From contig CAVNZM010000006.1 of the NCBI GenBank assembly GCA_963693365.1, forward strand, positions 2,418,001 through 2,482,000: a stretch of DNA of 64,000 nucleotides. The letters are read 5' to 3'. Source of the stretch: Amoebidium appalachense (Eukaryota > Protista > Ichthyosporea). The notes beneath the pieces were generated by a model, which saw nothing but the letters and a program-made list of their open reading frames with translations, was not told where the DNA came from and ran no database searches. Shown piece after piece: positions 32,663-52,630 of this stretch. A program made the translations under genes and the position numbers. The first letter of the stretch is position 1. Every line of letters begins with the position of its first letter.

Positions 32663-34859
32663 AAGCAGTATAGTGGGTGCAAATAGCCACAGCGCCTGCG
32701 GCCAGGTGCTATTCAATACGGTGCTAACTTATGATGTGCCATTATCATTTATGGTCATATCACGGTGGAAGGTTCTAGGCCTTCACGCTCTAATATTAGC
32801 TGGTCTACAGGGTGTGAAATTGTTTATTGACTATGTACGTCCCCCCTGGCCCGGAGTGTTTGGGTTAATCATTACCCCGCTGAGGAGGCGCTTAACTTAT
32901 TTTTACTCCTGATAAGATCGTCCGTGGAACAAACAGGGCTACCCTCTGAAATATTTCAATTTTTTCCTCTTTTTTTTTAGGGGTTTTAGGAAGCTGTTTC
33001 AGAAAGGATCAATGTACTATTTTGGCGGTTACCGAGATTCTATGCCCAATAAATGGAATCCAAGGCGATAAAACACAACATACCATCGATCCGAAGATCG
33101 CTTTTGATTGGCCCGAGGGTGACCTCTATTTGTGCACAATGAGGCATCAGGCAAAATGAAGACTCTGACGGTCCGACAGCGGGGGGCCCGGGCTGTTTCC
33201 AATCGTACATATTATTATGGCCGAGCTTCATCTTTTGGCATTCGAAATACAACGCCCATCAACTTTCCTACAAAGTGCTTCAAAGGCACCATAACTATAT
33301 ATGCACATGCATATGTAGTGCTTATGTGACCGTATCCCAATCCGGAATACCGTCATTCCTGCAACTGGCATATGATCACAGATGATCAATTTGCACCACG
33401 TATTCACACAGTGTTCCCACACCGCGGCTGTCGGTATATAGCTTCCATACACACACACATATCATGGTGATAATAACATGGCCACCCCTATGTACTCACT
33501 TCAACTTCACGATAAACCTCTGTAATCCAATTCCGACATCGACTCCGGAGCGTCAGGCTCTCTGCAGTCATGGCAGTGGGCGGGGCCGGCCAACAGTTGC
33601 TCGGCCCGAGGCAACATGCACGCGCACATTCCTCAAGTTCCTAAGGTGCCCCATGGCATGCATGACTAATGCATGACGGTCACGTACATATTCTTATATA
33701 AACCATCACAGTATACCTATATTATAGGCTATATAGCTATCATAAAATACTGTGACAAAAAATATCTCATACATAAAGTATTGTCTTTCCTGTATATTCT
33801 CCGACACATGACCTTGCTGTGTCAAGCATAGGCCTCACTTGGGCCATAGATAGTTCCGAAGAACTGTGTCGGGTAGTCACGTTGATTGCTGTCTCCCTGT
33901 TGTAACAAACCTTGTATCGTAAGTTGCCGCAGGCGACAGTCACTAGACAAAGTTTGATCGAGTGTAATCGGATCTGACTTTCCGAGCGGCGATTGGTTCA
34001 AAATGACGTAAACCCAGCCCACTAGTAAAAAGGAGACATGATCGTCTGCCCAGGGTTTTTTGTACAATGGGATTAAATGATCGCTTTAAAACTTGTAAGC
34101 ATTCCGATTGGTCATTACATATTGAGCGATCTAATTGGTCATTACAGCCAGAAGGACCCAGCCTGAGACGTCCCGCAGCGTCGTAGGCCGCCCCAGCCAC
34201 TTACGTAAGCCAGCGGGTACATAGCCTTGGAGACTATGTGTCGGGCCAAGATCTTATCCCACCTCTCGGAACTATATAGCGACAGTCACTGGGCATAGAA
34301 ACTCGACATGCCATTGTATGCAAGCGTTTTTGTCCACTTTTATTTGTAGCTTGTGCCACGGTGCCGGACTAGGTGACCTCCCAAGTGATTTTGAACAAAC
34401 GTTGGATACGTCTTCATAATTCACACCGGGCGACTTGCAAGTTCCCGGCCGTGAACGCTCACAAACATCATGACAAACATCATTATTGAATCGAGCATTG
34501 AAACTCGGACAATCAGACTCTCAATCAGACCAGTGCCTCGATCCCATTTTACTTGAATCTTCAAGTTTTGGTCTAACGCACGTGAAATTTTTTCAGACGT
34601 ACTTCTACACTCGTCAGGCTGAATCTTTAAGTCTAAAACGGAAAACTTTGTGAATTCAATTACTGGTCGCTGTACGTAGCCCAAAAGTTTGAACCGATCG
34701 GTATAATTCTCGGCGCACGGATAGTCCCCATAATTGACATACGTAGCTCGACCCACAGAATTTAAAAAAAACACAAGGCTTGGCGGAGCAACCTTGGAGC
34801 TAACCCACATTGACACGTTGGCAAGGTGGCACACTAGTATAGTTCCGGATCCAGGCAGG

Positions 34860-35978
34860 ATGGTGGTACGCTCGGACTCCCCCCACTCGCGGGACTACAA
34901 CTATGACAGCGGCAGCAAGCAGCGGGCAGGCAAGAAACTGCGCATACGCAAGGTCTACAGGGAGGAGGAAAGGAAGGTCCTGTGCCGCTTCTGCAGCAAC
35001 AGATATGCCTCGGTCAAGGTGTGTGCCGGGCTGTAGGCTCAAAAGCAATGGTGTTGTAATTACTGGTGTTCAAGGCTGTCGCGGATGTGCATCTTTCTTT
35101 GTAGAATGGCAGTCGCGGAATTCGGAATTTGCACTCCTCAAAACTGAGTCAGTGGCTGCTTGTGGTTTTGGCAACCGTCCAGCCAACTTGCACAGGCTCC
35201 ACCAAACCCAGAAGTTCGTTGTCTAGCCTTGCCATGCCATGTGTTAAGCTTTACCGACTAGCCCACACGTCTGAGCTCCTCCCCCTACCCGCAGGCGCGC
35301 AACCACCACGAGAAGGCCAAGCACCCCTCCCAGCTGACAGCCCTCCTCACCCGCCAGCCGCAGCCCGCACGGGGCAGCAGCAGTGCCTACAACCCTGAGC
35401 CCCACAGCACCCCGGACACCCCCATCCCTCAACCCCACCCCTACATGTCGCCAGTGGCACGGTCCCACACACACACCCACGTTGCCCCTCAGGCAGCGTC
35501 ACCACACTCCCTGCACAGCCACAGCACGTGCACGGACTATGCCCCCTCGCCGCGCCAAGACTGGGACCACCCCCCTGCGTACGACACAGATATGGACCTG
35601 TGCGCCACCCCACCTCAGTGCCCTTACCAAACACAAACTGCCCCCTGCGTGAGCATGCATCAAAGTGCCGGTGGACCCATGCGTCAGCGTAGCCACAGCC
35701 AGAACAGTGCTACGATGAGCTGGGTGACCAGACGGGACGCAGATGTGCATCTAATTGACGAGACGGAGGCCCTCTCGCTTGTCATGAGCGGATGGAACGA
35801 GCCCTGGCCCTGCAGCCACGAGGACATGAGGATTATGCAGGAGGCCGCAAACCATCTGCGTGTCGCCGTGCCCGACTGGTGTAGTTCTGCCTCGTCTGTT
35901 TTAACTGCGGCAAATCGCGTTGCACATCATGTTGTCCGGATAACCGAGAACGCCGTTCAACACTGTGGTCCTATTTAG
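34860..35978 (+). CDS. Two-exon single C2H2 zinc-finger protein, about 280 aa
   Basis: Exon 1 (34860-35018) ends AAG|GTGTGT, and exon 2 starts after CCCGCAG at 35295 and is open to TAG at 35978. Splicing creates CRFCSNRYASVK|ARNHHEKAKH, a C-X2-C-X12-H-X4-H finger, preceded by a basic stretch (KKLRIRK) and followed by a Pro/Ser/His-rich linker. Codons are GC3-rich. Confidence 0.72.
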
Positions 35979-37643
35979 TGATTATAAGGCTTGATGGCCC
36001 CTTGGGCCACCTGAAGTTTTTAAGTTTAGTTGCCTTGCCCCGATCGTACCTGTGTGTTTTTAAAAGACACCCCGCAGCTCGTTCGTGTTGTTGTAATCCC
36101 ATCTTGGTCTCTTTTCTTTTGCTCCCCCGTCCCCCCCCCCCCCCCCCCCCCCCCCAACACACACACACACACACACCTTTTTTTTCCTTCATTTTTTTAG
36201 TATTTTTACCAAAAACTATTCTCCGATCAGCATGTTGCAATTTGTGAATATACCTAGATACTCAGCAAGCCCCACGTGGCCGATTTAGCATACTCATTAT
36301 ATATATTAGCTGCCCGGCACAAAGTATTTAATCGATGAATTTCGGCTGTGGCTGCACCGTGACTTGGTGTGTGCTTTATTAGCCCTTTCTTATTTTTTCA
36401 CGGTGTAACTATTATAACAGAAGTCCAAGCAGCTGTATCATTATGATCATCTATGTTCATCCACTAATAATTAGCCGCCAGTGGCATGTCATCGACACGG
36501 CTCTACAAACTGTACACTTACCGTAGTAGACTAAGGGGCGCTAAGAATAAACGTGTGCGATATCACGTGACCGTCCAAACTTCCCAAATTTCAGTTGTAA
36601 TTCTCGCTGGAACAACCCTGCTGGCGTCTACCACGGTGATGCTCATCGTGTTTAAATTTTTTTGTGTGCGCTTATGCATTCTGAGTGTGGCACTCTGTGT
36701 GTTGATTATTCGTGTGTGTATCTGCCATGCATGTACTGATTCGAGGGGGGGGGGGGGGGAGGGGGGGGGGGGCAAGCTGAATGATGATAACAGGTGCTAG
36801 ACTACTAGTCTACTGGGCCAGGGATTATTGTTCGGACTTGTCACTACCTTTTGAAGTAATGCGTAGTACGCGCAAAATTACGGCGCTGCACGTGCATAAA
36901 AAACCGTTTTTTGAGCAGCGGTGTTGCTACGTAAAAAAGACGGTGTTGAAGGACTCATGACCGTCGGTTACACATCAAGTCACTGAAAGATCAGATGGAA
37001 CAGGTCAGAAGTAAGTAATTACTCGCAGAACAAAACAAAACACCCCGGGGCCGGCCAGGGCTTGTGTAGCTAGGTGCTGCATGTGGCCACATGCATATGA
37101 TGCGGTATAGTAGTGTTGAGATGAGAAGCTTACAATCCATTCCTACAGACTTGAGTCGGGCTAGTAGTTCCTCGCAGTGCTCTATTATGGCCTTTCATCC
37201 TACCGAGTGTCTGACCGTGACAAGAAACTTTGTTCGCACGAACACCTAGTTTATATCGGTGCAACTTGACACTACGTGTGTCCTCAGACAGGCCAACAAA
37301 AGGATGTTCTCGCAAACTTCAAACGCAAGCGCAAACAAGTGCTCAAGCACTTCAGATACTTGCTGAAAGCAAGGTTTGGTCGACGCCTGCGCGTGCAGCT
37401 GGTCTATTTTGAACCCCACGAAAAAAAATAGGGTTCCGCTTGAGGACCGCTATAGCCTACCGCGAGGCTCATGTAACAAGACATGTAACACGGAGCAATC
37501 CATCTGGCCCCATATGTGACGGCAGGCTCACCATCATCCAAACAACACTGCATGCATATGCAATAAATATAAAAGTGGATGCCTGATCATGAGTGTCATG
37601 CGAACAAACTTTTGCCACGCCATAGTGTCTTGGGCCAACATGT

Positions 37644-37695
<52 letters not shown>

Positions 37696-37846
37696 AACGA
37701 AAAAAAAAAAAAAAAAAGAAAAAGAAAAAAAAAAGGGATGAACTCTGTAGTCCGCTACGACGGAAAGAATGGAATGTGCGACAACGAACACTGATTGGTT
37801 AGCTCAACGCGCCATTCAAATCTCTCAACACTCCCAGCTTGTTATT

Positions 37847-38218
37847 GAGCCGCCTCGCGTTGATCTAGATATTTAAATATCTAGATTGTTAAATTTACGT
37901 ATAAAACCTCCGCAATCCGATCAATCTGTTACATTTTTAAAGTTTGCATAAAATCTAGATTGATTTCGACCCTCTTCCAGATGGGCGCATCTGGAAGAGG
38001 GGGGGGGGGGGAGGCTTCTAGATGTCTGGGATGAGACGATTGGTCCATGGAACTAGCCTAAATATCTCTTATCCAATAGAATTGCGATTAACGATCTAGA
38101 TAACTCAATTTTTAAACTGCTCTACACGAATCGAGCAGACTTTTAGATATTTAGAGAACGGCATTGGTTCTCTAAATTTGCCGAGTATTTAGATATCTAG
38201 ATCCACGCGAAGCGGCTC
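37847..38218. mobile_element. MITE with about 33-bp TIRs and 3-bp TSD (PIF/Harbinger-Tourist-like)
   Basis: Left end GAGCCGCCTCGCGTTGATCTAGATATTTAAATA versus the reverse complement of the right end GAGCCGCTTCGCGTGGATCTAGATATCTAAATA. TSD is ATT (37844-37846 and 38219-38221). There are internal TCTAGA repeats and a 14-bp hairpin CCCTCTTCCAGATG-GGCG-CATCTGGAAGAGGG (about 37970-38001). Confidence 0.8.
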
Positions 38219-39514
38219 ATTGCCAGACAGTGTCCACAGCAATAAACTAGCCTGTACGGCCCCGCCCTCCGAGTCGTGGGCGGGCCTTATACACCACACC
38301 ATTGCAGCGACAAAAGAAGCCTTAGAGAAAGAAAAGGGGAAAAAAGAGGAAAAAAGAGAAGAAAAAATAGAGGGAAAATGGAATAAAAGACTGGCCCCCA
38401 GGGAATGAAAACAAATAAAAAGTAGTGCACATGGCATTGCAAATATGGGGCAGCGACCCCATCAACATAGCGCACGGCCTGTCCTTATCCACGGTAGGCG
38501 GTATACCGATGGTTTTTACCAGGGCGGTTCGTTATCCCATCTTATGCGGAGATACCCAAAATCCACAATTGAGATAACCTGGGATACCGAACTATGGACC
38601 AAATGTATTTTTGGTATTCTTTTAGGATACTTTAGTGTCATGAATGGAAATAGTGTTATTGAATAGTTTTACACAATTGTGGGTCGACTTGCCCTTGAAG
38701 TTGTAAACATTTCCAAGAATGCTTGCCGCCTTTTACTGATGTTAAAGAGGGCTGTGCCAGTTTCGTGTGTCATGTTTCAAAATGTAAATTCACCCGCATT
38801 TTGTATGCGATATAATTATAGAAATTTTCTCAAAAATTTTATTTTTAATATTAGTTATCAAAGAATTTCTAGAAAATGCTTACTTTTGACACATATTACT
38901 TTTTATATTTGCGTGAACATGCAATCGAGTTCTCGTTTCAACGTCACTTGAAAAAATCGGACACCAAATCTTGATCGCGGATCCGTTATTTCAATTATCA
39001 TGCCGTCGTTGATGTTATAGAGGGTTAGGCCGCTTGCATTAATGTATCAAAACCCAAAAATAACGCGCAACAATGTTATCCAAACAAAACACATTTAAAA
39101 TTTGGTGTTTTTTAGTTATACCGATTACAAAAGCCCGTCAAACTGCCCATAGCTCCGTAAATGCGTGGACATCAAATTGAGCTCTCTTTATTTTCAACAT
39201 TCTTTTGAAGATAACGGAAACGTAATTTTGGTAGTGGGTTACATTCTTGTCTTTTAAAACTTTTAAAGCAATGTATCTGGATCCACTGCATAGCTGATCT
39301 TTATCCAATCACCTTTTCTAATCCCTACCAGTAAGCAGTTGTCATCAGTTCTGGCGAATCGAACCGGTACATGCAGGAACCGGCTAACGACACATTTTAA
39401 CCATGTACGATATGCTGGGATCTTGTTTTTAAAACGTTAGCGTATATTACATATAAACGATCTAGTGGGTTCCACCCACAGCGATGTGGGCCCAAACTCG
39501 GTCGAATCAAATTG

Positions 39515-41160
<1,646 letters not shown>

Positions 41161-41173
41161 GGAGGTGCACATG

Positions 41174-41584
<411 letters not shown>

Positions 41585-42043
41585 CGCTCGCCGCCGCGGC
41601 CCGCGGGGCCGTCACATTTTGATGCCGGCACAGCTTGCGGCATTTGCCCCAGCGCATGCTCAATACGATAAACGATTCAGAGTTTGATTGGACCAAAAGC
41701 TGTAATGGAGCACCGCGCTATAGTTTATGCCAACTGATTGGATCACGCCATGTTTTTTGCAACCTGATTGGTTCCGGGATTATTGCGGAACAGCTCAGTC
41801 CTGCCCCTTCCCCAGACCCTATCCCCATCTCGTCAACCCAAACTCTCGGTCACGTGACCTCCAAACCAAACACACAAACACACACCCTTTCTCATCCCCC
41901 CCCCCCCCCCCCCTCTCTTTCTCCCCCTCCCTTCATCCCACACAAACACACACGCACTCCCCCGTCCCCCCGTCCTTCTCTTCCCCGCCCCTCTTTTGAT
42001 CCCACACACAAACATACACACCCTCCTCCCTTTTCTTCGAATT

Positions 42044-42098
<55 letters not shown>

Positions 42099-42781
42099 CT
42101 TGAGAATAGAGGGAGTGCCCGGGGGAGGGGGGGGGGGGGGGGGACTCCTTTTCATTCTGTAACCCTTATCTGTAACCCTTCGAATTCTCTGTGGCTTCTA
42201 ATAACTCAACAGCTCATTAAGCCACGTCTGTCCCCGCAGACTGCACGGAACTAAGCTGCTGTGTGACAAAGGTGGTAGAAACTAAGTGACCGAGTTTGGG
42301 AATTAGCTAGTGTGTAAGCCCTTCTTTTTCTTTTGACTCGGGTTTATTGATCCGTTGATGAAGGCAACGTGCAGCCACAGGCTACATAACCACCAATAGA
42401 ATTGAAAAAGCCAAAGCTACGAAATAAAAATAAAGCGACAAGTGACAAAGGACACCAGCGGGCAAAACCGTAAGTGTACGTGTATGCGTGAAACTAGTTT
42501 GCTCCAACTAGTCATATGCATCGATATCGATGTTGACCAGACCACACTCTGCAAGAAGACATCATTACTGCTCCTTCCCAACAGGCCCCCATCAAAACCT
42601 GTAGAGGCACAGCAAGCAAGTCAGCCTCTAAAAGAGCAATGCAGACCAAATCTGAGCTAAAAAACAATCCCAACGGGCCCGGCCCCTAGATAACCCGGAG
42701 AAACTGCATCTAGCTCTCTGATAAGGTGGCCTAGTTGTGGCAGGACACACAGAAAAACACAATTACAGAATGCATGCAAGC

Positions 42782-43372
42782 CTGGGGGGCGGGTTGGTGC
42801 AATGGTAAGATCTCTGCGTGTCAAGCTCAAAGTCGCAGGATCGATCCTGGTTACTTCCGATTTTTTCTGCCTCGACGGTCCACCGGTCTGGCCGCCCCCT
42901 AGAAGCCATCACCCCAGACCACGTCAAAGCAGCACCACCAATTTGTTATCACCCGGCCGTAAGACATGACGTCATGAACAGCACCGGCCCTCTGACGTCG
43001 ACGGCGCGCCGCTTGGGCATCCCGGCCCAACGTTCAAGTGGGAGACCAATCCGAGTCACCGGCCACGGTTCGGGTCAGCGTCCTGGGCATGGGGTCTCCC
43101 CTTTCAAGTCTTTATGTTTGTGTATGTGTCCCGGGTCGCTCCCGGCTGGTGTTGTTAAAGTGAGCTGTGCTCATTCCCCACTAGCGTTGCTGCGGCTAGA
43201 ACCGTGGGATAAGGCGTAACTAAAAATAGTGCCAGTTGGGGTCAATTAGAATCCTGACTTATGAGTGTGCTATACAGTACGATCTGTGTCTAGGCGGAAG
43301 ACGGTAAGCTCCCCTGAGGCAGTGCCTCGCCGGGAGTGAAACGGGATAAAATAAAAAAAATAAAAAAATAAA
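42782..43372 (+). mobile_element. Full-length tRNA-derived SINE (about 590 bp)
   Basis: A box TGGTGCAATGG (42795-42805), B box GGATCGATCC (42838-42847), and a T-GTC-A anticodon-like loop (tRNA-Asp-like, inference). The 3' tail is (TAAAAAAA)n at 43346-43372. A perfect 15-bp TSD AGAATGCATGCAAGC lies at 42767-42781 and 43373-43387. Confidence 0.87.
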
Positions 43373-44736
43373 AGAATGCATGCAAGCAATGCAAACCCGG
43401 TCATTGCCATACGACTGGAGGCTAAGGACTGGCAGTCACTTGGAAAGCTCCCCGACGACCAAGTAGCCACCCCTCCACTCACGCGGCGCAGAAGTAGCTG
43501 AAGAAGTTGCAGCAGCCCACCGCCAATAGGTCGCGTAGAAGCGTAGACAGCGTGTAGAAGTTACCATATATAGGTTGCAGTGGACCACCAGGCGTTGAAG
43601 AAACCACTTCTCAAGCGAGAAACTCCGCGAAAGGGAGATGCCCCCACACTCTCACAGCAGTAGGAATACACCAGGCCACACCACACACACGCTGCAGTCA
43701 CGTTCCCCTGAGTGGGACTCCTTCCCACCACAAAGAGAAGAAACTAAAGCCTTTATATACCTGCCATGGTGAAGAATCGGGGAAAAAAGTTGACGTGACA
43801 GCTAAGAGATCGAAGTGAAAGTGATGTAAACCCCCCTTGCTATTGCCTACCAGTAACATCATCAATAATGATCATTTATTGAAGTGGCAGTCTCAACTCG
43901 GTAGTTAACCCAATATCATAAATGTTTCGGGAACATAAATAGGAAAGATGTAGGATATACATATTCTATAATTCAAAATGTTGTTGTATCGTTTTTAGCA
44001 CCTAGAACTTACCAAACAGGTTGAGCAACGAATGCCAACGATCATTGAACGATGAGGTTTTGGGAGACTACCTGCTGAAGCTAAGTAGCCAATCAAAACA
44101 ATGAGCTCTTGTGATTGCGCAATCACCTACGCCTGTTTCCGGCAAGTGCTTTTCGAACGCTCAAAAAAAGAATACTTCAGTTCGAAGAGAATATTTTGTC
44201 TGCGCAAACTCTTCGCCGCCAGCTACCGGAAGGTTAGCACGGCTTTCTTCTGTGTTTCATGAAGCTGGTTCTGTGCGTTTTTGCGTGCGTGTGTGCGTGT
44301 GTGGGTGGGCGAGTGGGTGTGCGTGCATGCGGGTGGTGGTGGTGTGTGAGTGTGGGTGTGGGTGTGTCGGTGTGGGTGTGGGGGTGGGATTGGGTGTGGG
44401 TGTGGTTGTGGGTGAGTGTGTGGTTGTGTGTGCGTGTGTGTGTGCGTGCCTGTGTGCGCGTGTGGGGTGCTTGCGTGTGTCTGCGTGTGTGTTGGTGTGT
44501 GTGTGTGCTTGTGTGCGTGCGTGCGTTTACATGAGTTTGTGTGTGTACGCGGGCGAGTGTGCTCGTTTTGGCAAGGAACGCTCGTATGCTTGGCTATAAC
44601 TCGCAGCTAAACACCAGTACCTCTGCATATTTAATTTGCTCCGTATTCATGAGATTATGCATCTCTTTCCCATCTCTAAGACTTCTCAACCTAGCACAGA
44701 CTACCCTCAAAGGTTCCCCTTTACCCGCCCACCGCC

Positions 44737-50510
<5,774 letters not shown>

Positions 50511-52196
50511 TTGGATGCGTTAACAGTGGTGGCCCATTTATGACAATGCCCTGATAACATGGGTGTAGGAAATAGGTTGAGGTGTGGCCTCGCATTAGAG
50601 TTTTCTGCAATGCATTGCGCAAAATGTGTTCATATTCTTGCAAGCCTTTAAGCACACAAACAAGCACTTATTTTCGTGACCCACATTCCCCTCCCCCATA
50701 AAGAAAAACAGAAAGAACCACAGTAGGATCTTTTTGGTTCACATTATGCAAACATTGAGCCTATGTTGATATATGTAGCTGTTTTCTTAGTTGTAATTGT
50801 GTATAGCTGTAAAGCAATATCACATGCATGGCATGTGGTCGTAGTGCGGTCAGACTGTAATTGCAATGTTGAATTTGGAAGCCTTTTCACGGCCACCAAT
50901 AGACTCGTATGGTGGCTATTTTTTGTTATCTTTCGCGAATATAGAAAAACATGTCCCAATTTAAAGTTCAATTCAGAAATTCAATGACGTAAGCTTCCAA
51001 AGGTGGCTTGGTCTCTCTCCCGGCTACCCCCCCCCTCCTCCTCCCTCCCTCCATCCCTGCCCCCCCCTCCCCCCGCCCCCCCCCCCCCAAAAAAAGGTGC
51101 ACATACAGCCGCTGTCCATGCCATTTATGATCGTATACACTTGGCCCAGATGCATTGCACTGCACACACGTCACAGGCACTCAATTGGGCCCCCCGGCCT
51201 GCATGCGCACACGTGACCGCCCTCTCACGCCTGTACACACCACACACGTGCAAGAAAGAGCATCACAGACAGGTCCCACACGGTGCCACGTATGCATGTC
51301 ACATGCATCATGAGTCATCTACAACTGCATGCAGGACAGAGATTCCTTCAATTTAAAAAGGGGAGCCCCCCGGGTTAGTTCGTTCCCCCCCAGGAACCAC
51401 GCTGTACTACTTGAAGATCTAATAAATCCACCTGATTGGCCACCACGGTGCACGACGGTACCACAGGTTGTCCTCCCCCCCCCCCCCCCCCCCCCCTCAC
51501 ACATGCACACGAGGGGCTGTGCTCCCACCGTTTCCAAAAATATTAAACCGTGTAAACCAAAACCTTGTCTTAGACTGTGTGTGCCTCGAGTACATTGGGA
51601 GATTCGCATGTCAACGGTTGGGAGGTGTGCACAAAGCTATGCGCCCAACACCAGCGTACAACTGCCACCCCCCATGGTGTGTGTATGAGTGCACGTGAGT
51701 GTGTATGAGCAAACATAACGGTAGTGATTGCTTGCCGGTCGCACGTGTACAAAGAACCCAGGCAACTTGGCACGTGGCAGCACGCATCACCATGCACAAG
51801 CACCTGAAGATCCCACACATAACATTACTAGGCGCATGTGCATACATCCGACACACTGGTAGTATGAACAAAGAGCAGGCTTTAATACATGTGGTGGTGG
51901 GGGGTGCCCTGATAGATACTGCAGGCCACAGGCCTCATACAGTCCGCCGGCAGGGGGTTGCAAAACAGGGCCTAAAAAGGGTCGGGGCAGTGGGGTGGGT
52001 GGCCTCTATCTACTGCGCACTCAACATATACGGCGCCTAATTATTGCCCCCACGCCACCCCCGCACCCGTAGAGGCACCTGCCCACAGACTCCATAGCAC
52101 TGCCTGGCTGGCCCCATACTACATACATACATACATACCGATAGATATATGGCACCCACCCACCAATAGCCTATGCATATTCTAAGGATATAGAAT

Positions 52197-52589
52197 CTAG
52201 CGGCGGCCACGTGTGACCGTGGTGAAGCCGTCGTCTTGTGGTTCCTCCTTGGGTAGCTCCTTGCGCTCGGGAGCAGGTGCGCGCCTTCATAAGGTCAATG
52301 GTTAGAATGGGCCAAGGGGGTGATAAAATGCGGCACATTGATTGGGTCGCCACATACATGCACGGCTAGTGATTGGACGTAGGTATGTGCGTGCACAGCA
52401 AATGGGCTATGCATGCTTCGCTTGGTGAGAGGACATTCTCGATGTCTTCATGGTGCCGGTGGTGCATGCAGGAAACAACAGCAACACCTTGGAGGCTAAT
52501 CAGCGCTAAACACAAGACCAATCGGTATGTGGTAGAACCCCGTTACATGTGTATGCAGTCTTTGTGGTGGTGCTATCAATATTGGATAT

Positions 52590-52630
<41 letters not shown>

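Noticed and set aside
33490-34834. Minus-strand fragments faintly resembling a decayed transposase (e.g. LGGHLVRH, ILARHIVSKAMYPLAYV) and the 137-aa ORF 34421-34834
   Set aside because: They are interrupted by stops, and I can identify no catalytic motif. A translated HMM search would be needed to support them.
29800-36970. 12-bp inverted match CGACGGTCATGA (about 29802 and 36955) as TIRs of a 7-kb element enclosing the C2H2 gene
   Set aside because: The match does not extend and no TSD is present, so it is compatible with chance.
38490-39331. AT-rich block with hAT-like ends (CACGGTAGG ... TAATCCCTACCAG)
   Set aside because: The TIR match is poor and there is no 8-bp TSD. It is probably TE-derived, but boundaries cannot be supported.
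43390-43740. Minus-strand WFLQRL..LQ..GN resembling the C-terminus of a CRE/R2-type retrotransposon
   Set aside because: It requires a frameshift and no other RLE motifs are visible.
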